DNA from: Dirinaria sp. TL-2023a
Lineage: Eukaryota
DNA length: 20,000 nt
Assembly (NCBI GenBank): GCA_051941275.1
Contig: JAVEBF010000004.1
Span: 48,455-68,454, forward strand
Direction of reading: 5' to 3'
The notes beneath the pieces are model-generated. The model saw nothing but the letters and a program-made list of their open reading frames with translations, was not told the DNA's origin and did no database searches. This document shows, piece after piece, positions 9,930 through 20,000 of the stretch. A program made the position numbers and the translations under genes. How positions within the stretch are numbered: the first letter of the stretch is position 1; each line of letters begins with the position of its first letter.

Positions 9930-10907
9930 AGATGTCCATCCACATAAGCCTTCCGCGTGCGGTGTGTTGGGGCAATGCGCATACAACAATAGGAGAATAG
10001 CTAGCGAAACTCTGTGATATGCAGTCAATCGATACCGAGCCGAGATCTGTAGCCTTTAATTAGATCACGTAGTCGACGATCTTCTGGGTAGCTATTCGGT
10101 AGCAGACCTGAGATCATGAGGTACTGTACTTGCACCATCCTGTATGTCCCGGACGGGACCAAAGTAAGACTATGCCACCTCCTGCCTTAGAGCACCGAGG
10201 GAGGGAGGGTGGACAAACCAAGTAATCATTGGTTCCCGTTCGAAACTACCCTCGTACCTTACCTAACGCCTAAGGTAAGGTACCTACCTTATGATACTTA
10301 CCTAGTCCCAAAGCATCTGCCTCCGTGGACCCCAAACATCTGCTCCCGTGTGCGGTTCGTAAAGGTCCAAGGTAGCATTGACACCCAACACGCACCATGT
10401 ACTTTATCTAAGCATTTTATGTAATGGCCGAATGCTCAAGTAATCACGCCCTTCAGGTGATCTCTCAAGCAAATACCCACATCGGTCTTCCTATGCGATA
10501 TAGTCTTTCTTGCGACTAAAAAATGAACGCGTACGTCACACACACCAATGAAAGACACGGCGCGCTTCCCTGAGTAACGATACTTTATATCCCGCGAGAG
10601 AAGCGTTACATCTACGATGCACATGCAATATCATATCGCAGCGTTTCAGCACTGCAGCTATTGCCGACTAGGAGGCGGGAAAAGTGCAAAGTCTTAGCAG
10701 GCATTGAATTCCAGTGTTTATAGCCTACCTATGAAGGAATCTGCCCCTGCGATCTTCAGAATATCTTACTTTTCTTTTCGGAGCTCCAGGCCGTGATGAT
10801 AGACACGGCCAGCAGAAAGGCCGTCCACTGGTCCAAAATTGTGAAGATCTCCTCGTCCTTCTGTGCTATTATTGCCCGAGCGGTGGTGCCTCACATCTCG
10901 TTAATCT

Positions 10908-10913
10908 TATAAA
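10908..10913 (+). promoter_or_regulatory. Putative TATA box (TATAAA) of the GH128 gene
   Basis: TATAAA about 100 nt upstream of ATG 11007, followed by a CT-rich tract and a second TATATA near 10949. Confidence 0.4.
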
Positions 10914-11006
10914 CCTCTTGTTTCCTGCCTCCTCTGAGCGCCGCACTTTATATAGTACCTTCCATCTCTCTTCATTCAACGTTTTTCGCATCTGGGAATT
11001 TTTCAA

Positions 11007-12119
11007 ATGGTCATGTCCTGCTATTTTAAAAAGGCAATGTCTAGCCTTTCTATATCATTTCTCGCCTTCGCAGCTGGCAGCGTTGCCAAGCCTATAGCAC
11101 GAGCTCAGGGCGATTCCACTTCACCTACGATCAATAGCGCAGACCTTGCCGGTAATACGCCGTCGCCGTCGCCGTCCGCTGGAGCATTGTCTGGTACAAA
11201 TGGTAGCGGATTCTGTGGCACCGTTTTCAACACCGGCGCCTCCCAGAATTCAGGATGGCCGAATACGATTTGGAATTCTCTTAACGCGAACGGCATTTTT
11301 GATTGGAGTGCTTCCGCCCCAAACCCATCGTTGGGCTTTCACTAACCAGCTTCTTTAGTCGCATTCTGCGTCTCTCCCCTGGATAGCTGCAGCGACTACA
11401 ACACCGGACCCCTTCCCACTGCAATGCAGGCAGCTCAACTTCCCATGATTGCGGACCCGAACAAAATCACCGACGGCATCAATCTTCTCAGCTCTGCTTC
11501 TCCGCCTCCGTACATGGAGATATACAACGAGCCGGACTACTCCTTCATGAATTATACGCCGCTCACCTCACCTCAGGATGCGGGCGCCTCCATGTCCCAG
11601 ATTCTGCCTGCAGTCAACAATACCCAGCTCATCTCGCCGGCACCCGCTTTCACAAACTCCGATTACCTCCAGCAGTTCAACGCCTCCTGTAACGGCTGCA
11701 TGGACACCCAGATAGATTTCGTTGCGGCCCATGTATACAGTGTTGATCCTAGTGGGGCAGTGCAGCAAGTCACGGACCTGCATGGCAGGTGGCCAAATAA
11801 GAAAATTTGGGTTACCGAACTCGCGCCAGCGAGTAGTGCTGATCAAGGGTGTACCTTAGATGAGACCGGCATGGTGAGCTGGATGCAGAATGTGCTCGGC
11901 CAATTGAGGGCACTTGGCTATGTTGAGAAGATATATTGGAATACTGGGGCTTATGTGAGTCTTAGACGGTTTCTTTCCATCTTGCCCTTGAATGACTGCT
12001 CAGACTTGATGCAGGGCTCACTTGACCCCAACAACCCAGATGTGTGTAATCCAAGTCTTACGAACGAGGATGGCTCGCCAACCGCGCTGCTGACGGCTAT
12101 GAAGCAAGTCTGCTCGTAA
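11007..12119 (+). CDS. Secreted glycoside hydrolase family 128 (Glyco_hydro_cc) beta-1,3-glucanase, ~333 aa; exons 11007-11307, 11359-11954, 12015-12119
   Basis: Signal-peptide-like N-terminus (SLSISFLAFAAGSVAKP) and a Ser/Pro/Thr linker. Clan-A motifs YNEPD (acid/base), LISPAPA, IDFVAAHVY and KIWVTE (nucleophile). The start could also be 11013 or 11037. Confidence 0.85.
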
Positions 12120-12592
12120 ACATTCCGTCTAGAAGTGCTCGGTCTGCAGGACATCTAAGTGGTGATGTTGAATATGAGAACTTCCAGCGGTCGCTATGGA
12201 CCGCTTTTCTTCTGTACTGGTAGCTCGGCTGATGGGCAAAGCAAGATCATACGCGATAGTCCAATTTAGAGCAGTATGTATACATGTAGTTAGCTTATTC
12301 TATGTGTATCTACTTTACCCTATCCTCTATCTAGGTGAAAAAATACCCTAGCCATTTGGAGGCTTTTTACTATGGAGTGTGTCAATCTGCCACAAGATGA
12401 GACACAAGGTATCCATCAGACAATACAAGCCAATGAGGCTCAGTCATGTAGGAGCAGCATTAACTTTAAGGATTGGTCATTGGAGGGAGCAATGATAAGG
12501 TACGGTAAGGCAAGACCATTGCAGCCCTGTACCAGCCCTAAGTAAAAAAGAAGCGCGAATGAGACGCCCTGAATGGTAGCGGTAATCTCCGC

Positions 12593-12599
12593 TGAGTCA
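12593..12599. promoter_or_regulatory. Gcn4/CpcA-type AP-1 site TGAGTCA upstream of IES4
   Basis: Exact TGASTCA consensus (GCTGAGTCAT) about 550 nt upstream of the Ies4 ATG. A single 7-mer, so it may be chance. Confidence 0.3.
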
Positions 12600-13140
12600 T
12601 CCTGGTTAGCGTGAATCTTGGCCGGAAATCTTCAATAGTTCCCCCTTTGCAGCTCGGAGGCCGCGCTCTAAAGTGGTTACAGGCAGGTCGTTGGCACAGG
12701 CTGGAACAAGGTTTACCGACAATCCAAGACAGATCACAATGCCGCCCAATTCCACAACAGTGCTCCCAAGCCAACGATCCCTTCACTCCCTTTACCACCA
12801 CCACTTCCTTTGACCATCTCCCAAAACCTCCACATACCACTCAACAACAGTAATACTCGTCATCACCAGACAGCACACTCCCACACGTTGAAGCGCGGTC
12901 TGTATTTAATCTCAACAGATTCACGCGAGCCCATTCTTCATTATTGCACGGTCGCAAATATCAACGCCACGTCTCAACTTCAACCAGCCTTCTCATCCCC
13001 ACCACTTGCTCGTTTGTGACTCGAATCACTCGAGATTCTCTAGTCGGCCAAAATCCACTCATCAAAGACTTCTCCAGTACTTCCACCATATTGATTACAC
13101 TCAACACATCGCAGCCTATCGATCCGCTCTCTTGGACATT

Positions 13141-14026
13141 ATGCCTCCTAAGCAGGCTCCGGGGCAGCGACGAGTGTCTAGCTCGCTGTCTAAAGTCTCC
13201 AACGCTCCTTCTTCGGAAAAGGCATCCAAATCATCCAAACCAACACGTATTATACGGCTCAAGCTCCCTAAAACTCAACTCTCGAAATTCCCTCACGAAC
13301 CCAGCCTGTCAAAGTCTGTACCGAAAAAGAAATCACCTTTGTCAAAATCAACATTGGCTGCTCCACCCGAGCCACCATCGCACGAAGAGACCAAATCCGA
13401 TTCCACTGATACTCAGGCGCCAGTGAACCCGAAGGCTGAACAACTATCCACTGAAGATACAGTCAAGAAAGAGCCCTCAAGTCCCAAGACAGGGGACAAA
13501 CGACCACTGGGTGCGGGAGTCGAAGAACCTGTGAAGCAACGAGCACGGCCTGGACCAAAGAAAAAGCCAAGGAAGTGAGTGGACCGCTATTCAACCCTCT
13601 GGATCACTATATGCCTTTGTTATCTTTGAGCTAACATTTTGACATAGTGAGGATGGCACAATCATCCACACTAAGCCTAAAGGCCTTGCGCCAGGGCCTG
13701 CCCACAAGCTCGGTCCAAAAGCCAACCAAGGCGCAATCAATGCAGGGCTTCGCGCTCTTGATAGGACCGGCAAGCCATGCAAGAAGTGGGCGAAATCCGG
13801 CTTCCATTTAAAGACTTTTACTGGTGTAGTTTGGGAATTGCCCACATGGCGGGCACCGAAGACGAAAGTCATCGATGCCGAGGGTGAGGTTTCAAAGAGC
13901 TCCGGGAATTCGGAAAGCCCGAGCAAGGCCAATAACAGCAATAGCAACGAAGGCAGTGAGAAGAGCAACCCCGGCGATAACGGCATGACAAGCTCTCCAG
14001 CCCCTGCTGTGGCGATTACTGCTTGA
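13141..14026 (+). CDS. IES4: INO80 chromatin remodelling complex subunit Ies4-like, 270 aa; exons 13141-13574, 13648-14026
   Basis: IIRLKL near the N-terminus and RPGPKKKPR; after intron GTGAGT..GCTAAC..TAG comes AHKLGPKANQGAINAGLRALDRTGKPCKKWAKSGFHLKTFTGVVWELPTW, the conserved fungal INO80_Ies4 block. Confidence 0.88.
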
Positions 14027-14935
14027 GCAACGAGCCCTTGCGGCCGGCATCCAGCTAAATTCCTGGCCTGGTGTACTGTTCGCTGTGAGGAGGAGTGTGA
14101 TGGCATTGCCCGGCGTTCTTGCATGTATCAAAAAGTCAGGGGTTATGGATGTGGTTCGGCCACCTCTGAATATGCCAGGGATGCTGAGATGTCGTTGGCT
14201 TTTGAGAACCTAATGTACACTACCTATCTTTCTATCCAAACCATATCGCATGTTTGGGCAGAGAGACGCATGTTTGTTGTAGTGTAGAGTTTTCTATGAG
14301 ATGAGGTGACTCCGCTAGTGAAAAAAAGCAGACCGCTTGAACGCCTATCACCCTAGCTTGTTTCCGGGACTGTGCTGCACTTGGAACTTTGTACGAAAAC
14401 ATCGTTCATAGCAGAAGCCAGAATCTAATGTATTTTACCCTACCTTGTAGTGCTTGTGGCAAGAGGGTTTTGGCAATGTAGGTCGAGAAGCTTGCGGCGG
14501 AGAAGAGGGAAGGAGGGGCCGAGGCCGGAAGAGCCGTTCTTCCGCATACCCACTTGAATCTGGAGCTCCTTCATCGTTCATGGCTTGAATCACGAGGTAC
14601 TTGGCTACATGTACCATGATCCCTGACACTCTTTCAATCATTCTCGGATAATCCATTCAGGATGTTACAGCTGCTTTCAATTTTTCTTGGTGCTAGTCTT
14701 CGTTTCTGCGGCAAAGGCAAGATGGCCCAAGTTTTAGTCTCATAGTCCATTGATGGTCTATCAGTACTTGTCTTCCTCATAGTGAGTTGCTTCTATGTCT
14801 TTTCTTTCGTATGGATTGTTAGACTTCTGCGTACTTACATTGTCAAATTAGCTTTGGTATAGATCTAAGTAAACAAACGGTTGCACGTCTCAAGACGATA
14901 GTAGACAAGTGCGAGAAAGACTTGCGGCGCCTGGC

Positions 14936-17258
14936 ATGACCAATCCTCCTCCTCAGGGCTCTGTGGGAGCTTCATCTCTCTATGGAGCTTCTAACTCTAG
15001 CACAAATCCTCGCAGAACATCATATGCGTCAGTGGCTGCAGGTACAGCTTCCATTTCTTCCCCCAATCAGAGTAATACTGGCCATCCGGGCGCCTTCTCT
15101 CACCTGATGAATCCGAGCCTTTCTTCACCCACGTACCCACATCACGCCCAATCAGACCAGCCAACCGGCACGTCTCAACAGTTTCCTGATGCGGGTATGG
15201 GACTGAGCAGCAATACAGTATTTTCGGAGAGAAGGGGAACAGACGAACCTTTGTTGGGCATCTCGGATCAACGTTATTATGGTCACGGCACAATATGGCC
15301 TGGTGCAGGTGCTACAGGTTCCGATGGCTTTTTCAAACCGACTTACCTGCGAACCTCAAAATACATGGAGAGGCTAGAGGCGGCGCATAAGGCCAAAGTC
15401 GCCGCTCAGATTGAAGCTTCCGCGGCACAATCTTCGAACCTGGGCTCACTCTCTGCGAACTCGAGCAACGTGAGCCTGCATAAGATGAGACCCTCCAACC
15501 GTGGCATGACGTATGAGATCATCGAAAGTGCATCACCGCATGAAGATGATGGCATACCTCCGCTACCATCAAAGTGGGGAGAAGTGGATAAATTCGGGGG
15601 CTTAGAGACAGCAGCCGATGGTCTTGATGTCAAGTACGTTGGACCGTCTAAGCTGCACGAGCACGAGGCTGTTGCTGCACGCGCCGATCACCCTATGCCT
15701 TCGCAGTGTGGCATCTACTATTTTGAGGTTACCATCATATCAAAAGGCAAAGAAGGGTAAGGCTCCACTCTATCATAAGGCTTTAGGGAGACTGACGCCA
15801 AGAAGTATGATTGGTGTAGGGTTTTCCACCACAAAGGCATCACTAGAGAAGCTACCCGGTTGGGAGCCAGAAAGCTGGGCCTACCATGGCGACGATGGCA
15901 AAACATTTTGCTGTCAGTTGCAAGGGAAAGCTTACGGGCCTAAGTTCACGACCGGTGATATCATTGGCTGTGGTATCAATTTTACGACCAAATCTGCCTT
16001 TTTCACCAAGAACGGGGTTTTCCAAGGTAGCCTGCGTGAACCATGTTTAGATAATACAGCTGACGGAAATATTTGAGGCACCGCTTTCCGCGATCTTAAA
16101 GATACCGATATGTATCCTTCGGTGGGAATGAAGCGGCCACAGGCGCACTTGAGCGTCAACTTTGGGCAGAAACCATTCACATTTGATATAGACAGCCTGG
16201 TTGCGGTGCGTACTTTTTGTGGGAACTCGCAGCTCAAGTACTGACCGCTTTCTAGGAAGAGAAAGCGAAAGCAATGAGGGAGATCCATTCCACTAATTTC
16301 TCAAAGCTACATTCCGGCCAGGAAGAAGGCGTATTGCTCAAAGAGCTTATTGCTCAGTTCTTAGTCCACGATGGCTATGTAGAGACAGCAAAGGCATTTG
16401 CGACGGAGCTTGAGAGCGAAGCTGGAGCCTTGGGCAAAACCCTTACTGCCCGCATCGACAGGACGACCGTAGAAGATGATCTCGACGCATCCAACCGTCA
16501 ACGTGTGTAGAGTTGTTCCCAGATATAGGTTTTGACTAATCCATGCACAGAGATACGAGCTGCTATACTAGGCGGAGATATTGATAAGGCCTTGAAGCGC
16601 ACCCGCGCCTACTACCCACAAGTTCTCCAGGACAATTCACAAATATACTTCCGGCTGAGATGTAGGAAGTTCGTGGAAATGATCCGTCAAAGCGCTGAGA
16701 TTGGCAATGATCCTCCAGGGAAGCGGGGCAAAACGGCCAATGGTCGTGCCACAGCGCTTGCAGATGATGATTTCGAGGCCGACATGGACTTGGACGATCA
16801 GATGGATGGCGACGACGAGTGGGACGAGATGGGTACTAAGGAAGCCGACCTAGCTGGGAAGCGGCATGACCTCCTGCAGGAAACGCTCCGGTACGGGCAA
16901 GAGCTGGGCAACGAGTTCAAGGGCGACAAGAGCAAGATGGTCCACGACACGTTCAAAGACATCTGGTCATTCTACGCCTACGAAGATCCCACGAAGTCGC
17001 CGGTTGCGCACTTGCTCGACCGAGCTGGGAGGGTACCAGTAGCGGAGGAACTGAACTCAGCCATTCTCGGTAGCATTCCTGATCACACCCGCTCCCCACT
17101 CTGCATATGGTATACTGACTGGCGCAGTTTCACTTGGCAAGTCCTCCTCCGCGGCGATAGAACGTCTTATCCAGCAGACGGAAGTCCTTGTTGGCGACAT
17201 CGGCGAAGAAGGAGGCGCGGCGGCGTTGATCAATGTAAACCACGATTTTCTTAGATAG
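14936..17258 (+). CDS. RanBP9/RanBP10 (RanBPM, Gid1/Vid30-like) SPRY-LisH-CTLH-CRA scaffold of the GID/CTLH E3 ligase, ~688 aa; exons 14936-15756, 15806-16026, 16078-16205, 16256-16502, 16551-17069, 17128-17258
   Basis: SPRY (ARADHPMPSQCGIYYFEVTI, LPGWEPESWAYHGDDG, YGPKFTTGDIIGCG, MYPSVG, VNFGQKPFTFDID), LisH (LIAQFLVHDGYVETAKAF), CTLH (RQQIRAAILGGDIDKAL...IYFRLRCRKFVEMIR) and CRA (AYEDP...RVPVAEELNSAILVSLGKSS). Five introns keep frame (2067 nt). Confidence 0.92.
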
Positions 17259-17755
17259 TGGTGGGTCCGTTGGAAAGCGGTCCGCGACGGAGTCCCCCAG
17301 TCGGCTTGTGGCGTCTTGAGGATATGGTTCAGCAGGATGTGAGGGTTTCATTATTTCTCTGCTGGTGGCCTATTTGTGCCCCTATGGTCTTCCACTACAG
17401 CGAATTAGATTGCTCTCATAAATTCGTAAGTAAATGAGGTCCGAGCGAATGCAACAGCTTGCAGTCGTTAGACTTGCTTGTGGTATGAATCAGACTTGCG
17501 GTTCATGCACTGTATACGACTATTGTTCGTGTACTGTATATAATGTATGTACTCGTACTGTAGACTTTAAGGTACCTACATACATCCCAAAGGATGCGGT
17601 GCTCTCTCTTCTACTTGTATCTCTATTACAGGAGAGACCGGAGTGGAATGAAAGTTGTCGGAGAGGCTCAAAAGGGGTTTAGCGTCCAACCGCAGCATTG
17701 TATTAATATTAAAGGTACTTGAGGTATTTTTGAAGTATTTTCATGTTCCTGCTTG

Positions 17756-17780
17756 TTTTCATTTTTCATTTTCATTTTCA
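17756..17780. repeat. Short (TTTTCA)n microsatellite-like tract
   Basis: ttttca-tttttca-ttttca-ttttca, four near-perfect units. Confidence 0.6.
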
Positions 17781-18139
17781 AGTACCTTAATGTCATTATT
17801 GAAGGGTATGCTGTGAATCTCATACAGCATACTAAATTGTCTATCTTTTGCTCCGCACGTCTCTGTAAAAGAACTCGATGAGATCATATCCCTTTAGATC
17901 GAGAAACTAGAAGGTCGAACACTTGCTCCCAAGTGGGGGTTCGATGACTCCATCACTCCCTAACGCAATCCTCACCATTCCCTTATTATTAATGGCTTCC
18001 TGGCTACATGCACCTGATCTTTTTTTTATCGTCTCACCTCTACCAAGATATATGTACCTTTTCTCCTGCAATACCGTTGTAGTGTCCGGTACCCGTACTT
18101 GGCATTCTCGTCGCTTGCAATAATGTTAACAAAATACCC

Positions 18140-19618
18140 ATGACATTCTCTTCTCGAGGCTTCTTGGCCGGTTCAAGAAAGCTCTCCTCTTCGCCACCGC
18201 CATTGTGGAGATTGAGATCTTCACGTTTCTTCATCATCACCGTCATTTGCTTTGCGTGCTTCACCGACATCTTCCTCTATGGAATCATTGTTCCGGTGAT
18301 CCCTTTTGCGCTGATCACTCGCGTCCACGTCCGGCAAGATGATGTCCAACACTGGAATTCCGTCCTATTTGCCGTCTACGCCGCCGCTCTCACTGCCTTC
18401 GCTCCACTGTGTGGATGGCTTGCAGACTTTTACAAGTCTCGCCGGCTACCTTACCTAGGAGGACTACTGTTCCTGGCCGGCGCAACCGTCATGCTGTGTG
18501 TAGGCAACAGTCTATCGCTTCTCGTGGTCGGTAGGCTTCTGCAAGGCATTGCGGCAGCTGTTGTGGCAACGGTAGGTTTGGCATTGCTTGTCGACACGGT
18601 AGGCCAAGACAATATCGGACAGGCTGCAGGATGGGTATCGATCAGCATTAGCATCGCATATCTTGTAGCACCGCTGCTGGGCGGCGTCGTGTACGCTCGA
18701 TCGGGCTATTACGCGGTCTATTATATGGCTTTTGCTCTGATTGCTGTGGACATCATACTGCGTATCATGCTGATTGAGAGGAAGCATCTGAAGCGGTGGG
18801 AAGATCCTGTGTCATCGCCAGCTGAGAGAGCCAGGCCAAGCCCGGTAATCCAGGTGCCAAGTGGAACAGTAGACGCGAATCCCTCCACAAGCACCAACAG
18901 GAAGTTCCACCTTGCACCGGTTATATCTCTGCTGTCATCATGGCGGTTGCTGTCTGCAATTTGGTGTACGTTCGCCCAAGCAACCATTCTAACTTCCTGG
19001 GACGCTGTTTTGCCCCTCCGCGTCGCCACGCTTTTCGGATGGACTTCACTTGGCGCCGGTCTCATCTTCCTCCCCCTCACCATCCCTTCCTTCGCAGCTC
19101 CTGCCGTTGGTTGGTACAGCGACAAGAAGGGCCCTCGCTTACCCGTGTTCCTTGGGTTCCTCCTCGGGGCCCCTTTCCTCATTCTCCTCCGCTTGGTCAA
19201 CCACGGCGGTACAAACCAAATTGTAGTCTTGTGCGTCTTGATGACCTTCCTTGGAGTCACAATGACCATGGTCATCACGCCGCTCTTGGCCGAGTTCACC
19301 TACGTTGTCGATGCGGAGGAGAGGAGACGCGGCCCACATTCGTTCGGCGACAGGGGTGCCTACGCGCAGGCCTATGGCTTATTTATGACCGCTTTTGCAG
19401 GCGGGATGTTGGTAGGTCCGCTGTGGGCGGGATTGATCGTGACGGCGGCCGGTTGGGAAACCATGGCTTGGACTCTAGGCCTTCTGAGCGCGGTCAGCGC
19501 AGTCCCCGCTGGCTTGATCACGGGGGGCTATATTTGGGAGAAGAGGCAAGACAAAGAAACTGCCGACGAAGAGAAGATGGACAGGCACCAGCGAGTTGAT
19601 ACGACTCCGCAGCAATAG
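18140..19618 (+). CDS. Major facilitator superfamily transporter, DHA1/vesicular amine transporter-like, 492 aa, intronless
   Basis: About 12 hydrophobic segments. Motifs FTDIFLYGIIVPVIPF, motif A GWLADFYKSRR and its repeat GWYSDKKGPR, GRLLQG, and GAYAQAYGLF...GMLVGPLWAG. Substrate cannot be determined from sequence. Confidence 0.92.
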   Translation: MTFSSRGFLAGSRKLSSSPPPLWRLRSSRFFIITVICFACFTDIFLYGIIVPVIPFALITRVHVRQDDVQHWNSVLFAVYAAALTAFAPLCGWLADFYKSRRLPYLGGLLFLAGATVMLCVGNSLSLLVVGRLLQGIAAAVVATVGLALLVDTVGQDNIGQAAGWVSISISIAYLVAPLLGGVVYARSGYYAVYYMAFALIAVDIILRIMLIERKHLKRWEDPVSSPAERARPSPVIQVPSGTVDANPSTSTNRKFHLAPVISLLSSWRLLSAIWCTFAQATILTSWDAVLPLRVATLFGWTSLGAGLIFLPLTIPSFAAPAVGWYSDKKGPRLPVFLGFLLGAPFLILLRLVNHGGTNQIVVLCVLMTFLGVTMTMVITPLLAEFTYVVDAEERRRGPHSFGDRGAYAQAYGLFMTAFAGGMLVGPLWAGLIVTAAGWETMAWTLGLLSAVSAVPAGLITGGYIWEKRQDKETADEEKMDRHQRVDTTPQQ

Positions 19619-20000
19619 AACGAGGCCTATCAAGCCAACTCGATGATTTTTGCATGACGATTCATAATAAGCCCTGCGGGATTTGTATGAAACCCGACTG
19701 AAGCCTAAGGTATCCCAACCTCTCAAATCTGAACCCAAATCACCTCGGAACTATACACTCAGCCCTCCAGCATAGTTACACCTATCGCCAATCAGACCCA
19801 GTAACCAAATTCCTACCACCCGTATGCTCTGGAAATACCAAAAGCCCCATTCCATATCTGTGCCAGCATGTGAAAATTACCCACAGCCCGCCGTTCCATA
19901 ACTTCCTCTCCGGCCGAGTGCATAATCAACTGCCGTTTCTGAGTTCGAGAAGAAAATGTTCAAAATCCGCTAGTATTCAGAGAGAAAGGTATATACCGGC

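Noticed and set aside
9289..10028. Long alternative-frame (242 aa) and antisense (178 aa) ORFs over the Het-C tail
   Set aside because: Expected by-products of biased low-complexity codons, with no recognisable domains.
10294..10440. Possible U1 snRNA: ATACTTACCT matches the U1 5' end
   Set aside because: No U1-70K loop (GATCAC/GATCAA-GAAG), no exact CATTGCAC loop II (only CATTGACAC) and no clean Sm site. The match lies inside the local TACCT repeat cluster.
6724..12119. het-c/pin-c style allorecognition locus
   Set aside because: No HET-domain, NLR or gasdermin-like partner is adjacent; the neighbours are VPS28 and a GH128 glucanase.
18451..19738. Overlapping and antisense ORFs across the MFS gene (e.g. 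18721-19299, 18940-19599)
   Set aside because: Shadow ORFs of a GC-rich membrane-protein CDS with no family features.
19880..20000. Possible terminal exon of a minus-strand gene at the right edge (RILNIFFSNSETAVDYALGRRGSYGTAGCG*)
   Set aside because: Too short, with no recognisable motif; it cannot be supported without flanking sequence.

Overview
Gene-dense fungal nuclear DNA from a filamentous ascomycete (Pezizomycotina-like, inferred from protein families and about 20 short GT-AG introns, mostly 48-73 nt). Hand-spliced models support nine genes: the 5' part of the DEAD-box helicase ROK1 (missed by the ORF track because it runs off the left edge), mitochondrial ATP synthase subunit g, a Rab4/Ypt4-like GTPase, ESCRT-I VPS28, a Het-C/TinC-type protein with a long Gly/Tyr/Gln/Glu-rich tail, a secreted GH128 beta-1,3-glucanase, INO80 subunit Ies4, a RanBP9/10-like SPRY-LisH-CTLH-CRA protein, and an intronless MFS transporter. 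I found no mobile element, tRNA, rRNA or CRISPR, and I cannot support a new multi-gene system. The best unexplained signals are: (i) a hexamer AAGGTA/TACCTT strongly enriched in intergenic DNA, often as inverted pairs; (ii) a 1.5 kb ORF-free stretch next to ROK1 with splice signals and several hairpins, a candidate ncRNA locus; (iii) a Rab lacking the catalytic Gln; (iv) widely degenerate splice sites.
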